A stretch of DNA of 64,000 nt, from the NCBI RefSeq assembly GCF_040564635.1, contig NZ_CP159837.1:227801-291800 (forward strand), given 5' to 3'. The notes under the pieces were generated by a model. The model had not been told where the DNA came from, did no database searches, and was given only the letters and a program-made list of their open reading frames with translations. Of this stretch, positions 21,924 to 30,690 are shown piece after piece. The translations under genes were made by a program, and so were the position numbers. The first letter of the stretch is position 1. The number at the start of each line of letters is the position of its first letter. Origin of the DNA: Planktothricoides raciborskii GIHE-MW2. GTDB taxonomy: Bacteria > Cyanobacteriota > Cyanobacteriia > Cyanobacteriales > Laspinemataceae.

Positions 21924-22508
21924 CTATATGCTGCTATCAGTAATATAAGTGTCCTGGGGACCGAAAACTGTCAAACCAACCGCCTGAAGCAAAATTTCTT
22001 GTTGCTCCAGCATCTCGGTTAAACTTTCTTCATCCGGGTGATCCCAGCCCAACAGGTGCAACAAGCCATGAGCTGCTAACCAAGCCAATTCGGTGGTTAA
22101 AGAATGCCCTTGTTTTTCCGCTTGTCGCTGGGCAGTTTCCACGGAAATCACAATATCACCCAGATAAAGAGGAATCTCCGATATTAACTCATCCGGCTGA
22201 GGGCAATTTACCTCTAAAGCCGCAAACGATAACACATCAGTGGGTTTATCTTGCTGACGGTACTGGCAATTTAGATGTTGAATTTCCTCATCGTCACTCA
22301 GACGTAACGTTAACTCATATCCCGATGCTTGGGGCAAGTCCGCTTCAAGGCGATCGCACCAAATTTCTAACCAATTTTGCCAAGTTTCCAGATCGATAGT
22401 TTTGTCAGGAATTCTTGAAATTTCGGTTTCCCAGAAATTGTCCTGCACATTAATTTCTAAATTCATCGAGGGTTTTGTTACTCCTGCATCCGTTACCAGT
22501 ACCGTCAT
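21924..22508 (-). CDS. ybeY: rRNA maturation endoribonuclease YbeY
   Basis: The [11 protein letters not shown] zinc-binding motif is present. Confidence 0.9.
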   Translation of the reverse strand: MTVLVTDAGVTKPSMNLEINVQDNFWETEISRIPDKTIDLETWQNWLEIWCDRLEADLPQASGYELTLRLSDDEEIQHLNCQYRQQDKPTDVLSFAALEVNCPQPDELISEIPLYLGDIVISVETAQRQAEKQGHSLTTELAWLAAHGLLHLLGWDHPDEESLTEMLEQQEILLQAVGLTVFGPQDTYITDSSI

Positions 22509-22522
22509 GTCACCGACCTAAA

Positions 22523-22741
22523 TCATCGACCTAAATAGGCAACCCCAACCAGAAATGCTAACAGACCAATGGTTGTTAGCGCAAAATGCTTTAAAGAGGT
22601 TCTGCCTTTTCGCACCATATTTCGCATCGCGAGTTTGACATAACTCGGTGGCGGTTCTTGGGTTGCGGGGTTTGCCTCTGTCCCAGGGGCAACGGTTTGA
22701 TTTTCTACGGTGATTTCTTCAGAAGAAGATGGTTGACTCAT
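22523..22741 (-). CDS. Small hypothetical protein with C-terminal TM helix
   Basis: This is the part of ORF 22523..22909 downstream of the heptanucleotide repeat (start MSQPSSS...). The upstream part of the listed ORF is a repeat translation artifact. Confidence 0.35.
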   Translation of the reverse strand: MSQPSSSEEITVENQTVAPGTEANPATQEPPPSYVKLAMRNMVRKGRTSLKHFALTTIGLLAFLVGVAYLGR

Positions 22742-22960
22742 TGATTGATCTCGATCGGGATAAAGGATAATTTGGTTGTTTGTTGATTGTTGTTTGTTGA
22801 TTGTTGTTTGTTGTTGGTTGATTGTTGTTTGTTGATTGTTGGTGGGTAGGGATTCTATTGTTGGTGGTTGACAAACAACAAACAACAAACAACAAAGAAC
22901 AAACAACAATCAACCAAAGAATCCCTACCCAACAAACAACAAATAACAAACAACAATCAA
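22742..22960. repeat. TTGTTGA/CAACAAA heptanucleotide repeat array arranged as a long imperfect palindrome
   Basis: (TTGTTGATTGTTGTTTG)n blocks are followed by their reverse complement and meet at GGGTAGGGATTC / GAATCCCTACCC. The array sits between the prfB stop and the next gene. Confidence 0.85.
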
Positions 22961-24077
22961 CTAATTATTTACAGCGATTTGATTTTCCTGACGGAGATAG
23001 GCTTCAATAAAATCATCGATTTCCCCATTCATCACATCAGTAATCGCGGTGGTTTCTACGCTAGTGCGTAAGTCTTTTACCAGTTGATAGGGATGAAAGA
23101 CATAGTTACGAATTTGGTTGCCCCAAGCTGCTTCTACCATATCGCCGCGAATTTCGGCAATTTCCGCTGCTCGTTGTTCTTGGGCAATCACCAATAATTT
23201 AGCTTTCAAGAGGGTGAGGGCTTTTTCTTTGTTTTGCAACTGCGATCGCTCCTGGGAACAACGCACCGCCAAACCTGTGGGTAAATGAACTACCCGCACG
23301 GCGGTTTCTACCTTGTTCACATTTTGCCCGCCTTTGCCCCCAGACCGCGAGGTAGTAATCTCCAAATCCTTATCGGGAATGTCCAATTGCACCGAGTGAT
23401 CCAGAATGGGCATCACTTCCACCCCGGCAAAGCTAGTCTGTCTTTTGCCGTTGGCATTAAATGGCGAAATTCTCACCAATCGATGAGTGCCTTTTTCTGC
23501 TTTCAGATAGCCATAAGCATAGCGCCCTTCTATTTCCAAAGTGGCGGATTTAAGTCCCGCTTCATCTCCTTCGGAAATTTCCATCAAATGCACTTTATAG
23601 CCTTGGTTTTCACCCCAACGGGTGTACATTCGCAGCAACATTTCTGCCCAATCCTGAGCATCGGTGCCCCCAGCGCCTGCATTAATCGTCAAAACAGCCC
23701 CACTTTCGTCATAAAGACCAGAGAGTAACTGTTCCAACTCCCAGCGATCGAGTTCGTGATTTAGCTGAGTAATATTGGTGTGGGCTTCACTCGCTAACGA
23801 TTCATCATTTTCTAGTTCCAGAAGTTCAAAAATCGCTTTTGTATCTTCTAAGCGATTTTTCCAGCGGTAATACTGCTCTAGATGTGACTTGAGGTCATTG
23901 AGTTCTTGCATCAACTGTTGAGCATTGGCTTGGTCATCCCAGAAGTCGGATTGGGCTGCCAGTTGCTCTAAGTCGTGAATTTTTGCGTTTAAGGCGGGAA
24001 TGTCAAAGATAGTCCTGGGTTTTCCCCAGGCGATTCGACAGGGTTTCGACTTCGCGTTTAATGTCTACCAATTCCAT
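22961..24077 (-). CDS. prfB: Peptide chain release factor 2, expressed via programmed +1 ribosomal frameshift
   Basis: The GGQ motif ([16 protein letters not shown]) and RF2 blocks are present. The short ORF0 ([24 protein letters not shown]) ends in the canonical CTT TGA C shift site (minus strand, + coordinates 24002-24008). The +1 frame continues as [13 protein letters not shown]... into the listed ORF. Confidence 0.9.
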
Positions 24078-24292
24078 AAGCTTCAAGAAATCTAATGAAC
24101 CTCTTTTGTCTTTATTATAAGGAATTTACCATGAGCGATCGCACCTAATTGATTCAATGACAAGAAAAAATTCTCTCCAACGCGATCTTATTTTTGCCCG
24201 CTAGTGAGCGGGACGCCGGGGAGCCAGGGCGCCGGGGAGCAGAGGCGAAAGAATTTGGCTAATGCGATCGCTCCCGGTGGTGAAGCTTTGTC

Positions 24293-24322
24293 AATAAAAA
24301 GGACAAGGCCAAAACCTTGTCC
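24293..24322 (-). terminator. Rho-independent terminator-like hairpin
   Basis: GGACAAGG-N6-CCTTGTCC is followed on the minus strand by TTTTTATT, downstream of ORF 24366..24581. Confidence 0.4.
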
Positions 24323-24365
24323 CGCGATCGCTAATGGGCGATTAATTACGGATTAATTGCGCGAA

Positions 24366-24581
24366 TTAATTCCGACGATTCAACGCAATCAACAACCGCA
24401 GAATAAACACAAACAGGTTGATATAGGTCAAATACATCGACAACGCCGCACTGAGATACTGGCTATTCCGGTAAGTGCGAGGGAGAACATAAAAATCCAC
24501 CACGGCACAACCACAAAACAGCAACACCCCAGTCCCAGAAATACCAATTTCTAGCCAGGTGGGGGTATTGTAAAGTTTCAA
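24366..24581 (-). CDS. Small hydrophobic hypothetical protein (71 aa, TTG start)
   Basis: The ORF has hydrophobic segments and a terminator-like hairpin downstream. I recognise no family. Confidence 0.3.
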   Translation of the reverse strand: MKLYNTPTWLEIGISGTGVLLFCGCAVVDFYVLPRTYRNSQYLSAALSMYLTYINLFVFILRLLIALNRRN

Positions 24582-24589
24582 TAAAAATC

Positions 24590-26045
24590 TAGCCAGATCT
24601 AGTCATGTATGGTTATATATAGACATAAGATTGGGCATCTCTCACTTAAATCACTGGCGATGTCACCTTAATCATAAACCAGTCATGCAACTTGTAGAAA
24701 AACATATAATTAGCAAAAATCACTATTTGTTCAAAGAGGCAGACTATTTGTGCTTTCTGTCTAAAAATTTGTTCAACTATGCTAATTATATGATTCGTCA
24801 ACAATTCTTTGCCACTGGAGAATACCTGAACTACTACTCCATCCAAAAAAGATGCCAAGGGACTCCAGATTATATCGCCTTACCTGCCAAGGTGGCGCAG
24901 CAAGTGTTATTACGATTGCATGAAAGTTGGCAATCTTTTTTAAGCGCTAACCAAGAATACAAAAAATATCCAGAAAAGTTTCAATCTCGGCCTCAAATTC
25001 CCAAGTATAAACATAAAACCCTGGGGCGAAACGTCGTCACTTATACGGCTCAAGCTGTCAGTCAAACGGCATTAAAGAGAGGCTTGATTCATCTGTCTAA
25101 AACTCAAATAGTCTTGACAACTCAGGTCAAAGATGTTTGTCAAGTAAGAATCGTCCCCGGCTTGGCACATTATAAAATAGAAGTCGTTTACTCAGCCCCG
25201 GAAAACCCTGTAAAGACTAAATCAGGGGGCATTGCGGGGCTTGATATCGGCTTAAATAATCTGGCCACAGTTACGGCAAATAAACAAGATTTTCAACCAT
25301 TAATCATCAATGGAAAACCCCTAAAATCAATCAATGCTTATTTTCATAAGAAGCGGGCGGCTCTACAATCATTATTAGCCCCCAAACAGAAAACATCTCA
25401 TCAAATAAGTCGGCTTACCCATAAAAGAAACTGTAAAATAGATAATTATCTACATAATGCGAGTCGTTGGCTAATCGATCATCTTGTCGCTAACTCAATC
25501 GAGACCTTGGTGATTGGTAAAAATGACCATTGGAAAACTGGCATCAACTTGGGCAAAAGAACCAATCAAAATATGGTGTCAATTCCTCATGCCCGATTTA
25601 TTCAGATGTTGACTTATAAAGCTCAATTAGTCGGCATTAAGGTCGTATTGATTACGGAAGAATACACCTCGAAGTGTTCGTTTCTTGACCAAGAACCTTT
25701 GTGCAAACTAGAAGTGTATCAAGGCAGAAGAATCCATCGAGGACTGTTTCGGTCAGGAAATGGGACTTTAATTAATGCTGACGTGAATGGTTCGTTAAAT
25801 ATCATCCGAAAAGCATTCCCCAACGCTTTTTCTGAGGGGATACAGGGGGTAGTAGTACCTCCCGTAAGGGTGACACCTTACAAAATGGTTGGATAGGGCA
25901 AGTGTCATATTTGTCTATAAAATCTGTAACTATTGCTCATATCCGTTTTTGATGGTTAATTGACATCTATGTATATTTTATATATTAGACAATTCTGACA
26001 AATTCTTATGCATCCCCCCTTGGCTAGGGGGGTTGGGGGGATCGA
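24590..26045 (+). mobile_element. IS200/IS605-family TnpB-only element (IS1341-like)
   Basis: tnpB is followed by a right end carrying a C6/G6 hairpin (CATCCCCCCTTGGCTAGGGGGGTTGGGGGG). No tnpA is present. Confidence 0.6.
24686..25896 (+). CDS. tnpB: TnpB (OrfB) RuvC-like RNA-guided nuclease of IS200/IS605 family
   Basis: Blocks GLDIGLNNLAT, EEYTSKCSF and NADVNGSLNIIRK fit RuvC-I/II/III with a zinc finger. The start is the ATG at 24686 or at 24631. Confidence 0.85.
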
Positions 26046-26245
26046 TCCGGTTTTGGGAAAGCAAGAAGTCTATTTTTTATTCCCTGAACCAGAAATATCC
26101 GCAAGGGCGAACCATGACCGTAAGCAATTTCTGTTTTTAACCATATTATTATTATCCCTGTTTTGGAGATGATTGTTGATGGCTTGAAAAAAACTGAGTA
26201 AAAAAATTTAAGCAAAAGATACCGGAGATGGAGGAATAAGCGGTT

Positions 26246-27052
26246 TTGGCACAATCAAATATAAATCAACCTGAATTAGTCGGCGATCGCCCCTCGGAGG
26301 CTGTACCGAAACTAGCAGCGATCGCCCTAAGCAAAAAATTTGCTCAATTGTCAGTATTAGAAAACATTAATTTTCAAGTTGATGCCAATGAATTTGTCTG
26401 TATTGTCGGGGCATCCGGTTGTGGAAAATCGACTTTACTGAATATTATTGCTGGATTGATGTCGCCCACTTCTGGACAAGTGTTATTAGATGGCGAAATA
26501 GTTTTCGGGCCGGGGTCAGACCGAGGGATGATTTTTCAAAATTATTCCCTATTTCCTTGGTTAACCGTGGCGGATAATATCGGCTTTGGTTTAGAACTTA
26601 GAAAAATATCTTCGGCAGAAAAAAAAGACCGAATTAATTATTTTTTAGAGGTGGTAGGTTTAAGCAAATTTGCCCAAGCTTATCCCAAAGAACTGTCTGG
26701 AGGGATGAAACAAAGAGTGGCGATCGCTCGGTCTTTAGCCAATCAACCAGAAGTATTGCTGATGGATGAACCTTTTGGGGCATTGGATGCCCAAACCAAA
26801 GAACAAATGCAGCAATTTCTCTTGCAACTTTGGCAGCAAACCCACACCACCATTTTAATGATTACTCACGATGTTGAGGAAGCCATATTTCTGTCCCAAA
26901 GAATTTATGTAATGACCGCCAATCCCGGTAAAATTAAACAAGAAATTCCCATCACCTTGTCTGGGGAGCGAGATTTAGAGATGAAACTTTCCCCGGATTT
27001 TCTGGAAATCAAGAAAACAGTGATTCACTCATTGCGCGGGGTATCTCCGTGA
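26246..27052 (+). CDS. ABC transporter ATP-binding protein (NitT/TauT nitrate/sulfonate/bicarbonate family)
   Basis: Walker A (GASGCGKSTLLN), signature (LSGGMKQRVAIARSL) and Walker B (LLMDEPFGALD) are present. No permease or binding-protein genes are nearby. Confidence 0.85.
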   Translation: MAQSNINQPELVGDRPSEAVPKLAAIALSKKFAQLSVLENINFQVDANEFVCIVGASGCGKSTLLNIIAGLMSPTSGQVLLDGEIVFGPGSDRGMIFQNYSLFPWLTVADNIGFGLELRKISSAEKKDRINYFLEVVGLSKFAQAYPKELSGGMKQRVAIARSLANQPEVLLMDEPFGALDAQTKEQMQQFLLQLWQQTHTTILMITHDVEEAIFLSQRIYVMTANPGKIKQEIPITLSGERDLEMKLSPDFLEIKKTVIHSLRGVSP

Positions 27053-27134
27053 AAAAATGAATCTATTAATTTTGGTAAAAAATTTAATGAATGGTATAAT
27101 TAACTCATCACAAATTAAATAATTAATAATCAAG

Positions 27135-28019
27135 ATGACTCAGATAAAATATCCAGTAAAAAAGGCAGTAATTCCAGCGGCTGGGTTTGGCACCCGACTC
27201 TTTCCCGCTACCAAGGCAGTGAAAAAAGAACTGTTTCCCATTATAGACCGGCAAGGGCAAGCCAAACCCGTAATTTTAGCCCTGGTTGAAGAAATGATTG
27301 ATGCCGGAATTGAAGAAATTGGGATTGTAGTTCAACCCGGCGATCGCGCCATATTTGCGGATTTTTTTCACCAAACCCCAGAATATTTTGCTAAACTATC
27401 TCAGGAAAATCAAGCATATAGCCAATTAATCCAAGAAATAGGCGATCGCATCACCTTTTTGACCCAAGAAACCCAAGATGGATTTGGTCATTGTGTGTAT
27501 TGTGCCAAAGACTGGGTAAATAACCAGCCGTTTTTGCTTTCTTTGGGGGATCATGTTTATCTCTCAGACACAGATATTTCTTGTGCGCGGCAACTCTTAA
27601 ATATTTATGAACAAACCGGGACAAGTGTAGTGGGATTAACGGTGACTGCCGCTGAAGAAATTCATCACTGTGGTTGTGTGGCTGGAACCTGGCAAGAGTC
27701 GAACACTTTATTATCCGTGACTGAACTTGCTGAAAAGCCAGATTTAGAATATGCCAGAAAACATTTATCTATAGAAGGTATCCCTCAAGATTCATTTCTC
27801 ACCATATTCGGCCTTTATGTGTTAAACCCCAGAATTTTTGACTATTTAGAAGCGAATATTACCCAGAATATTCGGGAACGGGGTGAATTTCAACTCACCT
27901 CTTGTTTAGAACAATTACGTCAAGCAGAAGGAATGCTCGGATATCTGGTAAAAGGACGGTCTTTTGATATCGGTAGACCAGATGCTTATAGACAAACTCT
28001 GATTGATTTTCGTGATTGA
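27135..28019 (+). CDS. galU: UTP--glucose-1-phosphate uridylyltransferase (GalU family)
   Basis: N-terminal KAVIPAAGFGTRLFPATKAVKKELFPI nucleotidyltransferase motif; length 294 aa. Confidence 0.75.
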   Translation: MTQIKYPVKKAVIPAAGFGTRLFPATKAVKKELFPIIDRQGQAKPVILALVEEMIDAGIEEIGIVVQPGDRAIFADFFHQTPEYFAKLSQENQAYSQLIQEIGDRITFLTQETQDGFGHCVYCAKDWVNNQPFLLSLGDHVYLSDTDISCARQLLNIYEQTGTSVVGLTVTAAEEIHHCGCVAGTWQESNTLLSVTELAEKPDLEYARKHLSIEGIPQDSFLTIFGLYVLNPRIFDYLEANITQNIRERGEFQLTSCLEQLRQAEGMLGYLVKGRSFDIGRPDAYRQTLIDFRD

Positions 28020-28024
28020 TTTTC

Positions 28025-28380
28025 TGGCTGGTTAAACTACCTAGAAACCAGAGCCGAGAAACCGGGTTTCTACGAGCGCTTTCACAGTAGGGGCGACGAG
28101 CGCATTCGCCCCTACATATCCACAACAGAAACCCGGTTATTTCGGGGACAAAAAAGCGCGATCGCCTACCCTGAACCCAGAAACGGGGTTTCTTTTTTGG
28201 TTTCTAGGGGCGACGAGCGCATTCGCCCCTACATATTCACCACAGAAACCCGGTTTCTTTGCTTGGGGGAAATGAGCGATCGCCTGTAACTCAGAAACCA
28301 AATTTTTACCCCTGATTTAGGTCAATAGCCCAAAATGAAATGATCCGAAAACCCGGTTTTTTAGGTTTGTGTTTAATGAA
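28025..28380. repeat. Cluster of AGAAACCCGGTTTCT-type palindromic repeats plus two GTAGGGGCG...CGCCCCTAC palindromes
   Basis: There are at least six copies of the (C)AGAAACC(C)GGTTTCT core. Two copies of GGGGCGACGAGCGCATTCGCCCCTAC lie at 28087-28113 and 28205-28232. Confidence 0.85.
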
Positions 28381-29484
28381 TCAATTAACTCCTGCTAGTT
28401 CTGCGGCTTGAATTTTTAAAACATTCTGCAAAATATCAAAAAATGTCTGTTTGACCTTCAAGAGTAAGGTGCAATTTTCAGCATCCAGGGTTAGGGATTT
28501 AAACCACAACTCACAGGTTTCTCTGAGGGTTTCGAGGTGTTGACAGAGGAGATGGGGAGCCAATTCTTTGGCACTCTGTTCTAGGATTTGGGGAGTAGAT
28601 TGGAGTTGATGGGTGAGGGTGAGGGTGTGAGGATTGTCTCCTGGGTTTTCAGATGAGGATGGGGGGATGGCAGTGATTTGCCATTGGTCGTTGGTGTCCA
28701 GTTCAATAATGCCCTGTTGAGCGGCACGTTTTAGGAGGGCGCAACAACGAGCATGGGTGGCTTGAACACGATAAAGGCTATCAGCCGGAGTGGGTTGTCC
28801 GGCGGTGCTAATATTAATCGGAGCAACGCCGGTTAAAGGAACGCGGAAACTGTGCCAACGCAGCGCATCCATACCGATCTCTTTGATGAGTTCATCCGTG
28901 GCGATGTCGGGAATAGGATGGATTTTTTGGCTGGGTTTGTGAAAGGCGTAGAGTTTGATCGGTTGAACGATGATGAATTGAAATTGCTCTTTGGTGTAGC
29001 CCAAGCATTGCATCGCGGCATTGATAAGAACATCATATTTGCCATAGTTAGAGGGACGTAAAACGATGATTTTGTCGCAATGTTCTTGCAGAATTTGATC
29101 ATAAATAGCAAGGTCTTTTAGGAGTTGGGTATATTCGCCGTTACGGTGTTGGAGAACTCTGTCGCAGTCGTCCCTAAAGTCGGCTGTTTTGATAAACCAG
29201 TCTTTGGGTTCGTCTTTGAGGGTGGTTTGTTCGATATCGGGGGGTAAGTCGGCGGCGAACTGGCGCGACATCGAGGCTTGGTAGATTTTGGAATGGGTTT
29301 TGAGGGTTTTAAGGAAGGTTTCGGGGTTGGGGGTTGGTTTGGGAGGGGCGATCGGGGTGTGGTTGGTTTGTTGGAGTAGGCTTTTGAAGGTGCCGGTGAA
29401 GGTAAAGCGCAGATCGGCTGATGAGGTGAGTTGCTCTGGGCGGATGGGTATCGAGAGAGTGTAGGTTAGGTGTGGTTTGGTCAT
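28381..29484 (-). CDS. Hypothetical protein (possibly DALR anticodon-binding-like domain)
   Basis: A 367-aa ORF contains IGMDALRWHSF. The family assignment is tentative. Confidence 0.4.
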   Translation of the reverse strand: MTKPHLTYTLSIPIRPEQLTSSADLRFTFTGTFKSLLQQTNHTPIAPPKPTPNPETFLKTLKTHSKIYQASMSRQFAADLPPDIEQTTLKDEPKDWFIKTADFRDDCDRVLQHRNGEYTQLLKDLAIYDQILQEHCDKIIVLRPSNYGKYDVLINAAMQCLGYTKEQFQFIIVQPIKLYAFHKPSQKIHPIPDIATDELIKEIGMDALRWHSFRVPLTGVAPINISTAGQPTPADSLYRVQATHARCCALLKRAAQQGIIELDTNDQWQITAIPPSSSENPGDNPHTLTLTHQLQSTPQILEQSAKELAPHLLCQHLETLRETCELWFKSLTLDAENCTLLLKVKQTFFDILQNVLKIQAAELAGVN

Positions 29485-29626
29485 AGCGAAGTTTTGGGGT
29501 GATGAGGGTTAGGTCGGATCAACTTTCTATTTTTTTGTTTGGTGAGCCTCTTGCCTGTGGCCTATTTTGCCTTGATTTAAGATATAACTGGACTAGACCA
29601 GTCGTACAATTTTGTCAGGAGGTTGA

Positions 29627-29887
29627 TTGATGAATAAAATTACCGTAGAAGAAATTACTCAAGATTTGAACTACTATCTTCAACGGGCAAAAGCTGGAGA
29701 AAGTTTTGTGATTTTTCAAGCAGACCAACCTATTGCTAAAATTATTTCGGCTAAATCTGAGGGTGTTTTAGAGGCTTTTGATGATTTTCGCTCCAGAATT
29801 ATTTCAGAAGGAATTGATTTAGATGGCGATGAAATCTTTGCTGATGTTCGGGACTACACCCCGACTACTGAAAAACCTTGCTGGTGA
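29627..29887 (+). CDS. Type II antitoxin (Phd/YefM-like)
   Basis: It is an 86-aa acidic protein, and its stop overlaps the start of the PIN toxin gene (TGATG). Confidence 0.65.
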   Translation: MMNKITVEEITQDLNYYLQRAKAGESFVIFQADQPIAKIISAKSEGVLEAFDDFRSRIISEGIDLDGDEIFADVRDYTPTTEKPCW

Positions 29888-30306
29888 TGAGCGTGAAATT
29901 TCTGCTGGATACCAACATCATTTCGGAAAGTATCAAACTACAGCCTAATGATATTTTTCTGGAGCATTTTCGACAGAATCTTGAAGAATCAGCGATCGCA
30001 TCGGTGACATGGCATGAGCTTCTTTATGGGTTATACCGATTACCGGAGTCTCGGCGAAAAAAGAATTTGTCTGATTACTTAACCCAGGTGATCCAAGCAA
30101 AAATGATCATACTGCCGTACTGTGATGCTGCCGCCGGATGGTTTGCGGCTGAACGTGCCAGACTGACTGCTTTGGGTCGAATGCCGTCATACCCGGATGG
30201 GCAGATCGCTGCGATCACTAGGGTCAATCATTTGATTCTTGTGACTCGTAATGTTTCAGACTTTGCGGACTTTGAAGGACTGACTATTGAAAATTGGTTT
30301 GTTTAG
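29887..30306 (+). CDS. vapC: PIN-domain toxin VapC
   Basis: The N-terminal LLDTNIIS acidic motif plus conserved D/E residues are present. The real start is probably the ATG at 29887 rather than the TTG at 29878. Confidence 0.8.
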   Translation: MSVKFLLDTNIISESIKLQPNDIFLEHFRQNLEESAIASVTWHELLYGLYRLPESRRKKNLSDYLTQVIQAKMIILPYCDAAAGWFAAERARLTALGRMPSYPDGQIAAITRVNHLILVTRNVSDFADFEGLTIENWFV

Positions 30307-30504
30307 AGAGAATTGAAGACATAGCGCAGATCCGTAAATGTGGTAATTTACGCGGGGTGGATGGGTGGGCGATCGAGGTAGGTTTGTTGGGGTTTGGTTC
30401 ATGGTGTTGTTTTGGGGTAACGAGGGTTGGGGGGCGATCGCTTTTTTAGTGCGCGATCGCCCCCCAAAAAAGCGATCGCCTTCCTGTAAAAAAAGCAGGG
30501 GACT

Positions 30505-30690
30505 CAGAAACCGGGTTTCTTTTCTTGGTTCCACAGTTAACTTTGGTATTCATAAAAGAAACCCGGTTTCTTTGCTGGGATACTCAGCGGGTCCGGGTTT
30601 CTTTTCTCGCTGCCACAGTTAACTGTGATATTCACAGCCGAAACCCGGTTTCTTTGCTTGGGGGTTCAGAAACCCGGTTTCTTTGCCTTT
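30505..30690. repeat. Two tandem about 95-bp triple-palindrome MITE-like elements
   Basis: Each unit is AGAAACCGGGTTTCTTTT..CCACAGTTAACTGTGG..AGAAACCCGGTTTCT. The centre is a perfect 16-bp palindrome. Copies also lie at 48178-48262, and partial copies at 28025-28380 and 47025-47048. Confidence 0.85.

Noticed and set aside
22719-23071. Several Q/T/N-rich ORFs on both strands.
   Set aside because: They are translations of the CAACAAA heptamer array.
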